Of a DNA stretch of 64,000 nucleotides, positions 25,341-37,835 are shown piece after piece. This stretch comes from Lama guanicoe (lineage: Eukaryota). The stretch covers positions 6,065,220 to 6,129,219 of the forward strand of contig MU054323.1 of NCBI GenBank assembly GCA_013239625.1. The letters are read 5' to 3'. A program made the position numbers and the translations under genes. Under the pieces are notes generated by a model, which made no database searches, had not been told where the DNA came from, and saw only the letters and a program-made list of their open reading frames with translations. The number at the start of each line of letters is the position of its first letter. Position 1 is the first letter of the stretch.

Positions 25341-27759
25341 GATTACTGCCACTACTGTAAATTCTAAAGAATCCTGAGGGGAAAATACTGTCTGGAGCAC
25401 CTTTGGCTCAGGATACCTGTTATTTTTACAGCAAGGGTGTCCAAAATAATCTCCCAGATCTGACTGACTGAACACTCAACACAAATCTGGAACCAAACCC
25501 ACAGTCCCACCATTACCCTAACGTTCCCCTTTCCAGCCCCCAAATATACACAGTTTCCCCCAGGAAATACATGACTTGGAGCCTGTGGAGTTGAAAGTCC
25601 ATCAGCCCGAGGGCTTTCCTCCTCGCCTGGATGGTACCGGCCCCCAGCCGGCCTCAGAAGGGCCTCCTTCCCTTCACAGGGCTCTGGCCTCCAGGGGTTT
25701 GTTAATCATTAATCGGAGGGTTGTCCAAGGCTTAACGGTTTTGTTAACAGATCATTTGACAATGAATGAACCAGGCAAGCGGAAAGAGGCTGCAAAGCAG
25801 CCCGACCACCCAGAGATCGTGTCACGCTCGGAGCAGGAGGTGACCCCGGCGCCCCCGCCTGTGTACGTCCCTCTCGGGGCCCCACTTAGCAGGGCACAGG
25901 CCGAGCGAGGCACTGTGGGCCCTCTCCTCCCAACCCGGGAGTGTCACAGGGGCTTTCAGCCCCAAATCTCTGCTAAGCATCTTTGAGGTCAGAAATCCCA
26001 CTCTGCCCTAACTGTCTGGCAGGCAGGGCCAGAGGAGCCCAGACGCCAGCAGGAACGCAAGGGCTCTTCGATGGGAGCAAAGGGAGGGAACGTCTCCTTC
26101 CTGGGGCTTCAGGAAATGGTGCTGACCCACAGCAGGAAGCCAGCTGCCCTGGTCCCAAGCCCTGCCTTCTCTCAGGAGTGGTGGCCCGAGCAGACACCAG
26201 CAGGGGTGACCACTAGGTTCTAGACCACTGACACTCAGAAGCCACTGACAGACTCGAGCCATGTCACCTCCCTCCCCACCACAACACCAGGCATTTATTG
26301 AGCAACTAATGTGTGTAGTATTAGGCACCTACTGTGTGCAGGGTCCACACTTGGCTTCTCCAGGCAAAAGATACCAGGCAGTGGGTCAGACGCGTGCCCC
26401 TTACAGGTCTCGGCTCCTGCTGAACGTGAGGCCTTGGTGATGCCCACAGTGATCCAGACACCATGCCAGGCACGGGGAGGGATGGAAGTCTTCCTGGAGG
26501 AGCCTGTACTCTACGTAGGGGGTCTGGGGGCCAGTAATAAGAGCTAAGAGGCTGGAAAAGAGAGGTCAGTGTGGACTGGGCCTTTAAAGGCAGTCGGAAT
26601 GCTGCAGAGGAGGCAGGTGGAAGGCAGGTTGTTCCACAAACACCGCATCTTAGGAAGAATGCTTGAGATAAGCACCAGTGACCCAGAACTGTGATTTCTC
26701 GATATATTCGCCACCACAGTTACCTACACACGCTTCTACTCAAATGGCTCACAGGGCTCGTCCTGATCCGGGACAGGCTCAGCTAGTGATTTATGCTGAA
26801 GGGCCCACCCAGTCCATTCTCTGAACCCTCAACATATAAAGTCCAGGAAGCCTGGACTTTCCTCAGGCTGCCTGGCTGTCCCCATCAGAGATGGCACAGT
26901 AAGGATCCATGATCTTGGGCAAGAGGCCATTTTCTCAGTCCCCAAGGCCGTTCCGGTCTTACAGGGTGAAGACCACTGGCTCTCCATGAGCTTTCATCTG
27001 GGAAGGAAGCACCTGGGGGCCGCTAACCCCTGACTGGGAAATCAGTGCACACCCAGGGTCCAGGAATTCTTTGCAAACCTTCCTGTTACCTATCGTAACA
27101 GACATTAATGGTGAGTTTCCTGTTGCCTGACCACCATTCAAACAGCCAACGTGTGCCTTCTTGGCTAGGAAAGGCATGTCCTGTCAGGCTGACCCCTAGG
27201 GCTTTTCAGTTTTCGAGGCTGGGAATGAGTTTCAAGAGGAGGAGACTGGGCAGGGGTGGCGTGCCTGCTGCCCGTCCCCGTGTGATGGGCAGGTAACAGT
27301 ACCCCAAGCCATGACACCACGGCACAAACCTGGCTCAGTGAGAAACGATTTGGTTGAAACTATATTCATTCAGGAGTGCACTGATTATTCTAGAAATGAA
27401 AAAGGCAAAAAAATACACACATAGTAGGTTAGGAACACAAAACATTGTACAAACTGACTATACTACAATTAAATGGGGAAACAATGTATATATATATATA
27501 CACCATTTTCAGTGCAGCACCGAGAAAATGTTCTTTACTTTCCAGCTCTCCCTGCAGCCTTTTGGATGCCCGAGCACAGCGCCCTGAACTGTCTGGGCTT
27601 TGCCCACAGGCCTCTCACTGCCTTCTCCTCCCCTCCTCCCAGTGACCTCTCAGTGTCATCATGGCTCAGTGTCTCAGACCCAGGTCTACACACGTCCCAG
27701 GCAAATACCTACTAGTTTTTTTTTTTAACCACCTTCTGCAGGGCCGATGTCACGGGCTA

Positions 27760-28134
27760 TGTATGAGTCGGCTCAGGCCGCCATAACACAATACTGCAGA
27801 CCAGGGGGCTTAAACAACAGCAGTGTGTTTTCTCACGGTTCTGGAGGCTGGAAGCCCAAGATCAAGGCGCCAGCAGGGTTGGTTTCTGATGAGGCCTTGG
27901 CTTGCAGCTGGCTGTCTTCTCTCTGTGTCTCACGTGGCCTTCCTCTCTCTGTGCGGAGGCCCCTGGGATCTCTTCTTATAAGGTCCTGTTGGATTACAGC
28001 CCCACCCTTATGCCCTCGTTTAACCTTAAGTACCGCCTTAAAGGCCCCATCTCTAAATACAGTCACATGGAGGGTTAAGGTTGCAACATAAGGATTTGTT
28101 GGAGTTGGGGGGGGACACAATTCCATCCATAGCA
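27760..28134 (-). mobile_element. MaLR solo LTR (MLT1A/B-like)
   Basis: TG...CA termini; blocks ggcttaaacaacag, ttctcacggttctggaggctggaagcccaagatcaagg, tctcttcttataagg, cccatctctaaatacagtcacat. Near-perfect 5-bp TSD ggcta / ggctc. Confidence 0.88.
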
Positions 28135-31100
28135 GGCTCAGTATGGGTCTAGTTGGCAAATGGAAAAGGTGGCCCCTTCCCACAGCACAGTGACTATATA
28201 TGACTACAAACAACGTAACTGTGGGGGCTTTGAATGGTTTATAGTTATTTGAACCTTTTCATAAATTGGTTATTGTCATTTTTTTTTAATCTTCAAGTCG
28301 CTCATTCTGCTCCCAGTTAACTGAGCACTGACTGTGTTTTCCATTATTAGACTCATCTGTGTTTGGGGCTTACTATTTACTTCCATAGAACTTTCATGCT
28401 GGGAGGGATCTCAGAAGCCACCGAGTGGAAGCAGGAATCTGCCCTCCACCACTGGGGACTTAGCAGCGGCCACCCATTGCTAGATGGTTTATCCTGTTAA
28501 AACAGTCAAGAGCTGTCTTCCTGTGACTTCCGTGGGTCTGCCCTCTGGGGCCATCAGGGCAAAGCTAGCCCCTGTTCTACATGACAGCCCTTCAGATTTG
28601 TGATGGCGACAAAATTTCCTTTTCTATAAATATCTCCAGTGATCTCAGCAGTTCATCCTGTAGGATCCTTCAGTCCTTTGCCACGCTCGGGTCCTCCCTG
28701 GTCACACTTCACCTTGTCCATGTGCCTCTTAAAGGGATACCAGGCAACAGGGGACAGTCACCTCTTTGGTCCAGAGCATCACACTGCAGATAGTCTAACT
28801 TTTCTACAATAAGCATGACTTATTTGTGTAAAACACACACTTATACACATACAGCACACACACTCCAACTTCTGAATTAAAAGAAAAGAAAAAAGAAATC
28901 TTACAAAAGCCCTACTGTCCACTATACTGGTTCTTTGGGGTCCCTGCCTCCTCCTCCTCCTCATCAGGATCAGGATTGTGGCGCACCCCCTTCACTTCGG
29001 AGCCCTTCTGCCCCATAGTCTAGGCCATAGCAGCAAGTTAACCTTTGCACTCTGTTTTCAAAATTATTTCCTTTTGAGTCTAGGGCTTAGATGTATCTCA
29101 GCTCAGCCCACCCCGCCCCCACCTCCCAGCTGTGTTTTCCTAAGAACTCATCACCTGCCCCTGTGTCAGTGAGATTTCGCTCCTAAGCAACACTCCATCC
29201 CCCTCCTTCCCAACCGTCCGGTCCCTCCCCCACCACAATAGTGAACATCAGAGTAGGATGTTACCTTAAAGGTCATGTTTCAGGTGGGGAAACTGAGGTT
29301 CAGAGGTGTCACCAAGACACCACAAGAAACTACCTGTAGCAAATTCCCTGTGACACCCCCTCACCCCCTAGGTGCCCCGTAAAATTACTTCATCTGCTGC
29401 TAGAGGTTCTTCATCCTAGAAGCTTCCCTCTCCCTGCAGACTGAAACTCACGTGGAGACAGGCCTGGGGGCTGCCTGGGCTGCACTGGGCCTGACCACTG
29501 TGCCTCTCCAGGCCCTGCCTGTGGGGCACACACCGCCAGGCCGCTGTGATCAGAGCGGCAGAGCGCACGGGAGCCCTGTGCTCGCTGGCAGGTCCACAAG
29601 GCGTGAGTGGGAGGACAAGGAAGGACAAGACACCCACACACCTACAGGGGGGCCAAGTCACAACGGCACCACATGGGCCAGGTCAGTGATGGCACTGAGA
29701 GTGTGGTTTGATGGGGAGGAAATGTCCAGCAAGGAGAGGGAAAGATGACAAAGGCAAGCTCTGTAACTCAGGCCCCAGGCCTCACCCCGTCACCCCCACG
29801 GCTGGGGGCTGGTCCTGGACGTGCCTGTTTAGTGCACTCTTCTGAGCAAAGTTCCGCCCTCCAGGTCTCTACAGATACTGGGTGGTTTCTGGTTTTGTTT
29901 TTCAAACTGTACCTTTCAAAACTACCGTCATATTGTGGTTATTTCGGTATATTGAGGCGCATCCAAAGAGCCCAGCTCCTTCCTAGAAGCATGAACACCT
30001 TTGGTGGTCAGCCACGTTTGTCCATTAGAGTCCAGAGCCCCTTCGAGAACCAAAACAGTGGCCCAGTTCACATGCGCAGGATGGCTTACTCTCGTTCAGA
30101 CCTCAAATAGAACCTGTTGCCTAGGGCCTCAGAGGCCCCTAAGTTTAGGAACCGCCATGTGGTGATTCTGAAGGCTCTTGGACCATCTGGCCATTTGAAC
30201 AGGCAGCTTTCAGAAATTCTGATTGATCCAAAAATAACTCCTGTATTTTCGGTCTTCCCTCTACATGGAGATGTTCGTTACCTTCTTAGACTAACCCACA
30301 GTTATTTACGAGGCAAGGTTTTTTTTGGTGTGGGCAGTGGCTCCAGGATTCCTAATTTAATGTCATTTGTTCCAGAAGGCAGAGAAGTAGACGTGTGTCC
30401 TCCCCCAAGTCTTCACAGTAATGACACCAACCCGGACTATGAGGCTGGCCCTGCTGGGTGGTCTTGGGCTGTGAGTCAGGGACCACCGTTCCAGGAGAGC
30501 TGGCGGGTGACGCTGGTAGATGCAGCCTTGTTTTCCGGGAAGGGCCTGGAGTGGGGAATGGACGTTTATATTCAGTATCTATTCACTCTGTATTTATGTA
30601 ATCCTTGCTGCTGGCCTGTGAGGCAGATTCATAGGTAGAAAATCAAGGCCTGGGTGAGATGTTCGCCAAGGATACATCGTAGAACGGGAGTGGGGGTCCG
30701 TATCAAAACCACCTGCCTCTGATGCCCATCCCTTTTCCACCACACCACACCTTGATGTTTCAGTGGCAGCCTGTATTGTCATGAGGCATGTTTGGGCTAA
30801 GGATGGGCAAGTCCCACAGGGGCTGTCTTAACACCTCCGAGAGTCATGCGTCTGATATTCTCAATATAAACTGATGATTCTTGGGTTCTTTCCTCATCCC
30901 CAGAAGTGCTGAGTGATGGGTGAGTGACTGCATGGGTGGGCCTAATTTTCAAAGTAAATTCATGGGGGACCTTGGGCCCTTTGAGGAAGCTGCAGACAGG
31001 GCACTGGCCACCATGGAAGCTGCTGGAGCTGGAAAGTTAGGCAGATTCCTTCCTGTCGCTGCATCTCCCACGCCTTATACCAAGTATTACCAGCGCAGTA

Positions 31101-34100
31101 AAGTTAATGGAGCCTGTCATCCTGCAAAAGAGCCAATTCTGTGCAAAGATGATACATCTTTGAAGTTAATGAGGTCTATTAATCGAGCTTATGCCCTTTT
31201 AAATGAATGAAATTTTTGAAATCTACCAGATAGCAACACATCCATTTAGAAGTAGTTGTGGACACCTCCTATCTCTCTCACCAATGGACAAGGAACCACC
31301 AGGGTAGAGCTCTGGGTATTGGCTTCCAGTTGACATTTAGCACAGCCTTCAGCTCCTGGGGAGCTCAACAGATATGTCTGACTGTCCATTCTTGCCCAAA
31401 TCAGCCCAGTCCAGTACAGCCGTGGGGACTGGACAACCCTGTGGTAAATAATGCAAGGGAGAAAGTGATCAAACTGAACCTCAGATCTCTTGAAGAGCAT
31501 CCAGCCTTTAGGCTTGGTCCCAGGATCAGCTGGGAGAGCCGCACAGAACATAGCTAGACTGCCGGCCCTTCACAAATGGCCACTCCAGGTGGATCTGGGG
31601 CTGGGTGGTCCCTGGCTCGGGGAACAAGAGCAAGGAAGGAAGGAAGTGAAGACTTGGAACAGGCTGAGCAGAAACACGAGGTCTGGCTCAGACCAAACAG
31701 GGCCCATCACGCCACGGCCCCTGGGCTCCCTGAATACACACCGACGTTCTGCCCAACGTCAGCCTCCTCCCCAGCTAACGCCGCTCACAGTTGCTGAAGA
31801 GCACAAAGTGATACTTGTTGTGCCCACAGAACATCTGCTGAAGGCAAAACTTGTGTTTATAGCTCTTCACTTCAAAAAACTGGCCGTGTTATAAAAAGAA
31901 AGGGACCATCTGTCCCTCTTCTGGACCCCGGCGCCTCTTGGAAAAGATTTCTGTGCAAGAAGGCAGTGAGAAGTCAACACTGACTTCAGGGGACTATTTT
32001 GAGGCCGGAAAAGAATGGTGCCTCCCCACCGAGGGGAAGTTGAGGCGGCAGATGAAAGCCGGCTTTGTGGAGGCCAGGAGATGGCAGGCACCGCGGGAAG
32101 GAGGTGGGGAGCGACCGGCTGGCGCTGCCCAGATGCTCCGGCTGTGTCGGGGGCCGCCTGGGAGGACAGAGGGATGTGAGGGCAGGAGGGGAAGGACCGG
32201 GAGGCCCTGCAGCCCCAGGAGAAGGCAAGAAACAGTCAACACCAGTTTGCTGTTGCACAAAGTCAGAAATCATCCATTTGCATCCATCTAGCCCGGTTTA
32301 TCTAGCCCTTCTTATCCAGAAAGTTCTGCATCTTGGGGGCCACCGTGGGCTCAGTGATACCCTCCCAGGGGCTGGTAACTGAGGCCTACTTCCAGAGTGC
32401 ACAGGGGTCCAATATGTCTATGAGGCCTGCTCCGCACTTGTCTGCCTCAAACCTTCTGGCACCAAGATAGAAAAGTCAATCATGTGAGAGGCCAGGAGAG
32501 GTGGGGTGGGCGTTGAGGTGGAGCTGAGGTGGGCACGAGGTGGGACTTCAGAGGAGTCCCTTCCCAGCCACATTCTCCCAGGCTGGGCCCCCACTGATGG
32601 CAACTCCCCAACGAGGCTTTCCCTACCCGGTCTACACGCCAGATGTCTCAGCTCATTGGTTCTGAAACAGCCCTGCTCATTCTCCCTCCCTCCCTACCCC
32701 TGCATAAAAAAGTTGGGTTTCTACCAGATTCCAAGCAGATTCCAGAAAGCCTTGGTTTGTGAACCTAAGGCTTTGAGGCTTATTTTGTTTCAGATCCAAA
32801 CCTACTTTCCTTCTTAGCTTCTGTCCCTGGGATGGAAATGGGGCACAAGCAGCTGGAGGACAGGAGTGGGGTCCTCTGAGGACACCCCTCATTCCCTTCC
32901 TGCTTGTCTCTGACGGGGCACCCCTGCTGGCTCCTCCGGGGACAAATGAATTGAGAGTTTCACCTCCATCCTGAGGAAGGTTCTCAAGTCCTCATCCATG
33001 TTCTTAAAAGTACTGAATTCCCCCTACTTGGGTGCAAGCATTTAGATTCCGAGGACGAAGGCAGTTCCTGGAATAGCATATTCAAGGCTCCCAGAATCCT
33101 AAAAGGTCACACTCCTTTTATTCTTGCTTCTTTTCACTTCTTTTCTGTTCTTATTGATTTCTTTGGGCACATAAGAAAACACAGTAGGCAAAGCCTGCTA
33201 CTTCCATTGAAATAAAATATTCTGCAGTCAAACCACATACCATAAAGAAATAATTGCAGTCTGTATATATTGCTAATGGACATCTCTCAGCAATTCTCTG
33301 TCTCATAAGCTTTAAACACAGACATTAGTATAAATATGCAGAAATCCCCATTCGGGCAAATTACTCTGCATTTCTGAACAGAAGGAAGATTAACCATGTT
33401 CTGATATCTTTGAAGGAGCTCAGCAGAGCAGGAGAAAGTCACTGGCCCTCTCTGGGAGGGAGCTTGGGACTCTGTGAGGCCTCGAGGACTGAGCTGCAGG
33501 CCTGGCTGGCATCCTCTGTTCCCCTGAGCCCAGGGCTCCCCTGGAACACAGGGGAGGAGTTGGCCCCATCCTGGCCAGATCAGCCTCACCTGAGCTGGAT
33601 GGTCACCTGGGTGTCCTGCTGCCGAGGAGCCTTCCAGATTCTGGTGGGTGCAGGAGCGGAGAGGCTGAAGATGCGTATTTTCCCCTGGCCTCTCAGCTGC
33701 CTGGCAGAAGCCCTCAGGGACCAGCAGCAGGCCCCTGAGGAGAAAGGCCCACGAGGGGCCCTGCGGAGGTTTGCAGAGGCTGCATCACCAGAGCTTGCAG
33801 TCTCCCTCTGAGGCCCCATCCTTGGCCCCTCCTCCCCTCCCCCCTTTCCCTCCACCCCACTTACTCCCACCGAGGGCCCCACACTCCCTCACAAAGGCCA
33901 GCATGGTGGGGGGGAGCTCTGTCCTCCACGGCTCTGCAGCCTGTGGCACCAGAGCCTAACCCAGCCTCAGCTTCCAGGGTCTATGACGAAAGTCCCTCCC
34001 TTTCAGATATCACCCCTCACCCTGGTCACCAAAGTGGGGAAGACGCCCCCGTCAGCTCAAGTTGCTAAGTCTGGGGGTGTGGGAGTCTGACCTCCACTGA

Positions 34101-36149
34101 CGGCTGATTAGAGGGGAGGCAGCAGAGGTGGGGGAGGGCAGCCTGACTCGGACACCCCCACAAAGCTCACAAATGTCCCCCCATGTTCTCAGCACAGGCC
34201 ACCGTGTCCCCTCGACAGACAGCGGCTAGGGGCTCGGTTTTCCCTGAGCTGAAACAAGCACAGAAGCAGGCACGGTGGGCCAGCCCGGAGGACCACCTCA
34301 GGAACTGCGGGCCAGCCTCGTGGTGGGATGTGGGAGGTGAATTATGAGCCAGTCAGGAATCACCGCGGAGCCAAGGGAGCCTGGCGCACAGAGGTCTTCT
34401 GGTTATTTATTTTGTGTTCGCCTGCCTTTCCCACGGCAGAATTGAACGCGGAGTGAGAGGAAGGCAATATTTACATTCTAAGGCAGAGGAAAGGGACTGG
34501 GGCCTCTCAGAGCTGGAGCCGCAGCCCCGTGGCCCCACCTGTGGCAGTAAAGTCTGGGCGGACAATCAGTGGGTCTGGGAGCAAGGCTGTCCCCAGACCC
34601 AGACCTCCTATGAGGCCAGGGTTGCTATAAACCCCCGGTTCTCAAGCCAGAACTCTGAGGCACCAGCCTCGGCCAGAAACGGAGGAACACAGGAAGATCA
34701 GCTCCTCTCCTCAGCTAACCCCAGCACGCGCAGACTTCACTCACCCGTCTCTCCAGCGAGCATCTTGATGGTCTATTTTCATGTCTGTCTCCCCCACTCG
34801 ACTGTGAATGACTTTAGAACACCCCCGCCACCAGCCAATTTAGCAACTTTATGTGAAATTTTAAGATACCCTTTTCTCAAGACCCTTGCCTGCCACCTAC
34901 CAGAAAACTGTCACAATAACTAAAGAAATCTATGGTGATGCGAAGTGAATGGCGTCCCCTGGAGGTGTGCAGTGTGCAACCCAAGCAGCCCATTAGTGAC
35001 TCACAGAGGGTATTACCTCCCCTTACCCATAGAAGGCGCTCTTCTAAGCACATGAGTCCAAACCCTTCAGTAGTCCTCATTTCTCACTAATCTCCCTCAG
35101 CTGTCACTCGTGACTGCTGCCCTTTCCAGCTACCCAAGGTGTGGCTGTGGTAAGCCCCAGCTCCCCCCTCCCCTCAGCCAACACTGGCCCGTCTCGTCTG
35201 ATTCACGCAGGTGCTTCCACCCGAGCTGCAACAGCTTGTCCTCCTGGGGGAAAGTCAGGTGTGGCCTCATCAGGGCTTCACAGCCACCATCCCCAGACCC
35301 CTTGTGACCACCAAACAGAAACCAGAGGACCCTCCTGAGGAAGTGTAGAAAACAGAGTATGTACGGGCCTGCCAGAGAGTTCCCAGAAGGGCAGAGAATT
35401 CCAGGAAACGGGAGTCTTGCATCCCAAGAGCTGGTTCTAGCAGCCAACAAGGAGAGAGGGATTCAAGTTACTGTCCTCCAGCCCCCAACCCTTGAGGCTC
35501 CAGCCCACTGGGAATCCAGCGCTTCCCCTGGTAGCAGGTAGTGTCAGGGCCAGAATGAGAGCTGGGAATGATCAGGGGCATCCAGCCAGCCTCTATCCTG
35601 GTCAGTTGGTAGGAAGGAGAGAAGCCCAAGCTCTGAACGCTCCATACATCCAGGAGACCCTCCTGAGAAGGCACCAACTGTACAGGGGCACCTGCACGTG
35701 TGTGCACAGCCTCCATCTGCCTTCATCAGAGGCTATAGTTGGAGTTGGGCTTGGAGCCCTCCTGGCATTGGAGCAGGAGAGAGGGGAACATGGTGTATAA
35801 TCCCCCTCCCCAGAGTAGGTCACTTCTCTGGAAGGGTGTGGTCTTACCCATCTGAGAGTAGAGACACACACACACACTAACCCTTGGCCTGGGAAGGATC
35901 TCAAAAAAAAAAAAAATGAACAACCTCCCCAGCTAGCTAGGAAGAAGGGCAGAGAGATGATGAGTCATTGTGGCTTTAGGCTCTGAAAAGCTATTTGCTG
36001 GGAGCTCTGGGACCAACTGCAGCCAATGCATGAGTGAGGATGCCTCTCTGCGTGACTGTGCTGCCCAGCCCTCATGAGCATGCTGAACCCCATCTGCCCT
36101 TGAGAAGAAGGGCCAGGGAGGTCACCAAACATCCTCCAGAATGCATACT

Positions 36150-36262
36150 CCACAAGGGTAGGGCTTTGGTTCTGTTTCGTTTATTGCTGTATCCCCAGTG
36201 CCTGCAACAATCATATCTGTTGAATGCATGAGTGAATAGAATAAGTGAATGAATGAATGACT
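36150..36262 (+). mobile_element. LINE-2 3' end
   Basis: tgtttcgtttattgctgtatccccagtgcct...tgttgaatgcatgagtgaat...gaatgaatgaatga, the L2 tail. Confidence 0.7.
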
Positions 36263-37164
36263 GTAGCTGAAAGTGATCCATTCTGCCCACAGTAGTGAAG
36301 CATAAATCTTACCACAGTGCTGTGGACACAGGATGGGAGTCTGGGGGATGGGATAGCTTGAGCAAGGGCATCGAGGTGGCTACAGAGTTAGGGTGTCTTT
36401 AAGGCAAAAGTCATGCTGAAGAAAGCTGTCCTTTTTCAGTCATCCTCTTTGATTTTATATAACTTAATTGAAATGTTCTGTCCTTTGTCACATTTTGTCT
36501 TGTCCCACTTTTGCAGGGTTTAACCTTATTATCTTATTATTACCCACTGACCAGAGGTAACTCACTCTCTCTTGGATCCTAGCCCTGTGCAGGATCACAG
36601 CACGCTCCTGAGCGGAGTTCCTCCTTCCCCTGAGGGGTGGTTGTAACCTTAGGGGCTTTGGCCATTTAAGCCCTTGGCCATTCGTAGAGTTGCCCAGGGG
36701 TGGGGTAGCTTCCAGTCTGTGGCCACTGAGTTCACCAGCCCCACCTGGGGTCCCAGCCCCTCCCAATGAATCCACTCTGCCTTCCCTCCTTTCCTGAAGG
36801 TCTGCGGTCCCCGCCCCACCTCAAGTCCGGAGCCCAGGCCCCTCCCCGCTCTCCCAGATCCACGGCTTGGGCTTTGCCTTGGCTCCTCCTGTCCAGCCTC
36901 GGGTCCTTCCCAAGGAACTCACCCAGCAGGCCCCACCAGCCAGCCCTGCAGCTGGCCTCCCCAGCCAGCTCCACCCAGCCCTGACCATCCACGTCCCCCT
37001 CCTCTATCTACATTGCGACCGTTTATGATGCTCCTTGGACCCTGGGGCTCACCTTCCCAAGTGACCCCTAAATCCCCCTAGGCTCCTGGGCTGGCCCTGA
37101 CCTGCTCTGAAAAAGCGGCTAGGGCAAGCAGGAAGAAGCCAAATATAATAACTTGAAGTTATAA

Positions 37165-37325
37165 AAGCAGGGCTTCGAATTAAGCAGAGTTTGATTCAGA
37201 TCTTGCTTCTGCCACTCTGTGGCCAGGGACAAGTTACCCTCTCTGAGCCTCATTTTCCTCATCTGCAAAATGGGGACCTTCAGTCATAGAGTTGCTGAGA
37301 GAATAAAAGGAGATAGTGTAATCTG
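37165..37325 (+). mobile_element. MIR SINE remnant
   Basis: ttctgccact...ggacaagttaccctctctgagcctcattttcctcatctgcaaaatgggga...gttgctgagagaataaaaggagata. Confidence 0.75.
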
Positions 37326-37619
37326 TGGATCTCAGCGGCGTGGCAGGAAGCACACACCGTGTTGGCTTTTCAAAGTGCAGGTGCTGCCTCCCCTCCCCCC
37401 ACCCCAAAGAAGGCGACAGCGGGTGGCCATTGGGTATATAAGACTTAAGAGTCAGAAAGATGGCTGAGGGCGGCGGATGTAAAGTCCCCCTTGGCCCAGC
37501 ACCTGATACGTGGTAAACAACCCAGAAAGGCGCTAGTTTGTTCCGTTAGGTTTTAATGTTAGATGCTCGAAACTCCTTGCCGGCCTTAAAGCCCTGCCCA
37601 ACACCCAGAGGCAGAGGCT

Positions 37620-37835
37620 CACGGCTGGGGAGCAGGTGCCCGCCCGGGGCTGGGCCCGCGGCTCTCGGGAGGGGGAGGACCCGCCCCCAGTGACGTAGCC
37701 CGGGCCCGCCCCCCGCGCGCACGTGCCGCCAGGGAGGGAGGGACCCGGAGGGAAGGACCAGGAGGTTCCCCGGCGTGCGGCGGTGGCGCGTTTGCAAACG
37801 CGTATTTGCATATGCGCAGGCTGGATATTTATAAC
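37620..37835. promoter_or_regulatory. Short intronic CpG-rich promoter/enhancer-like element
   Basis: Locally dense CpG; GC boxes at 37681 and 37705; CRE-like TGACGTAG at 37691; E-box CACGTG at 37720; octamer ATTTGCAT at 37804. Confidence 0.6.

Noticed and set aside
35900..35932. A14 run followed by caacctcccc as a truncated SINE tail
   Set aside because: No SINE body or TSD is visible; it cannot be distinguished from a simple poly(A) tract.
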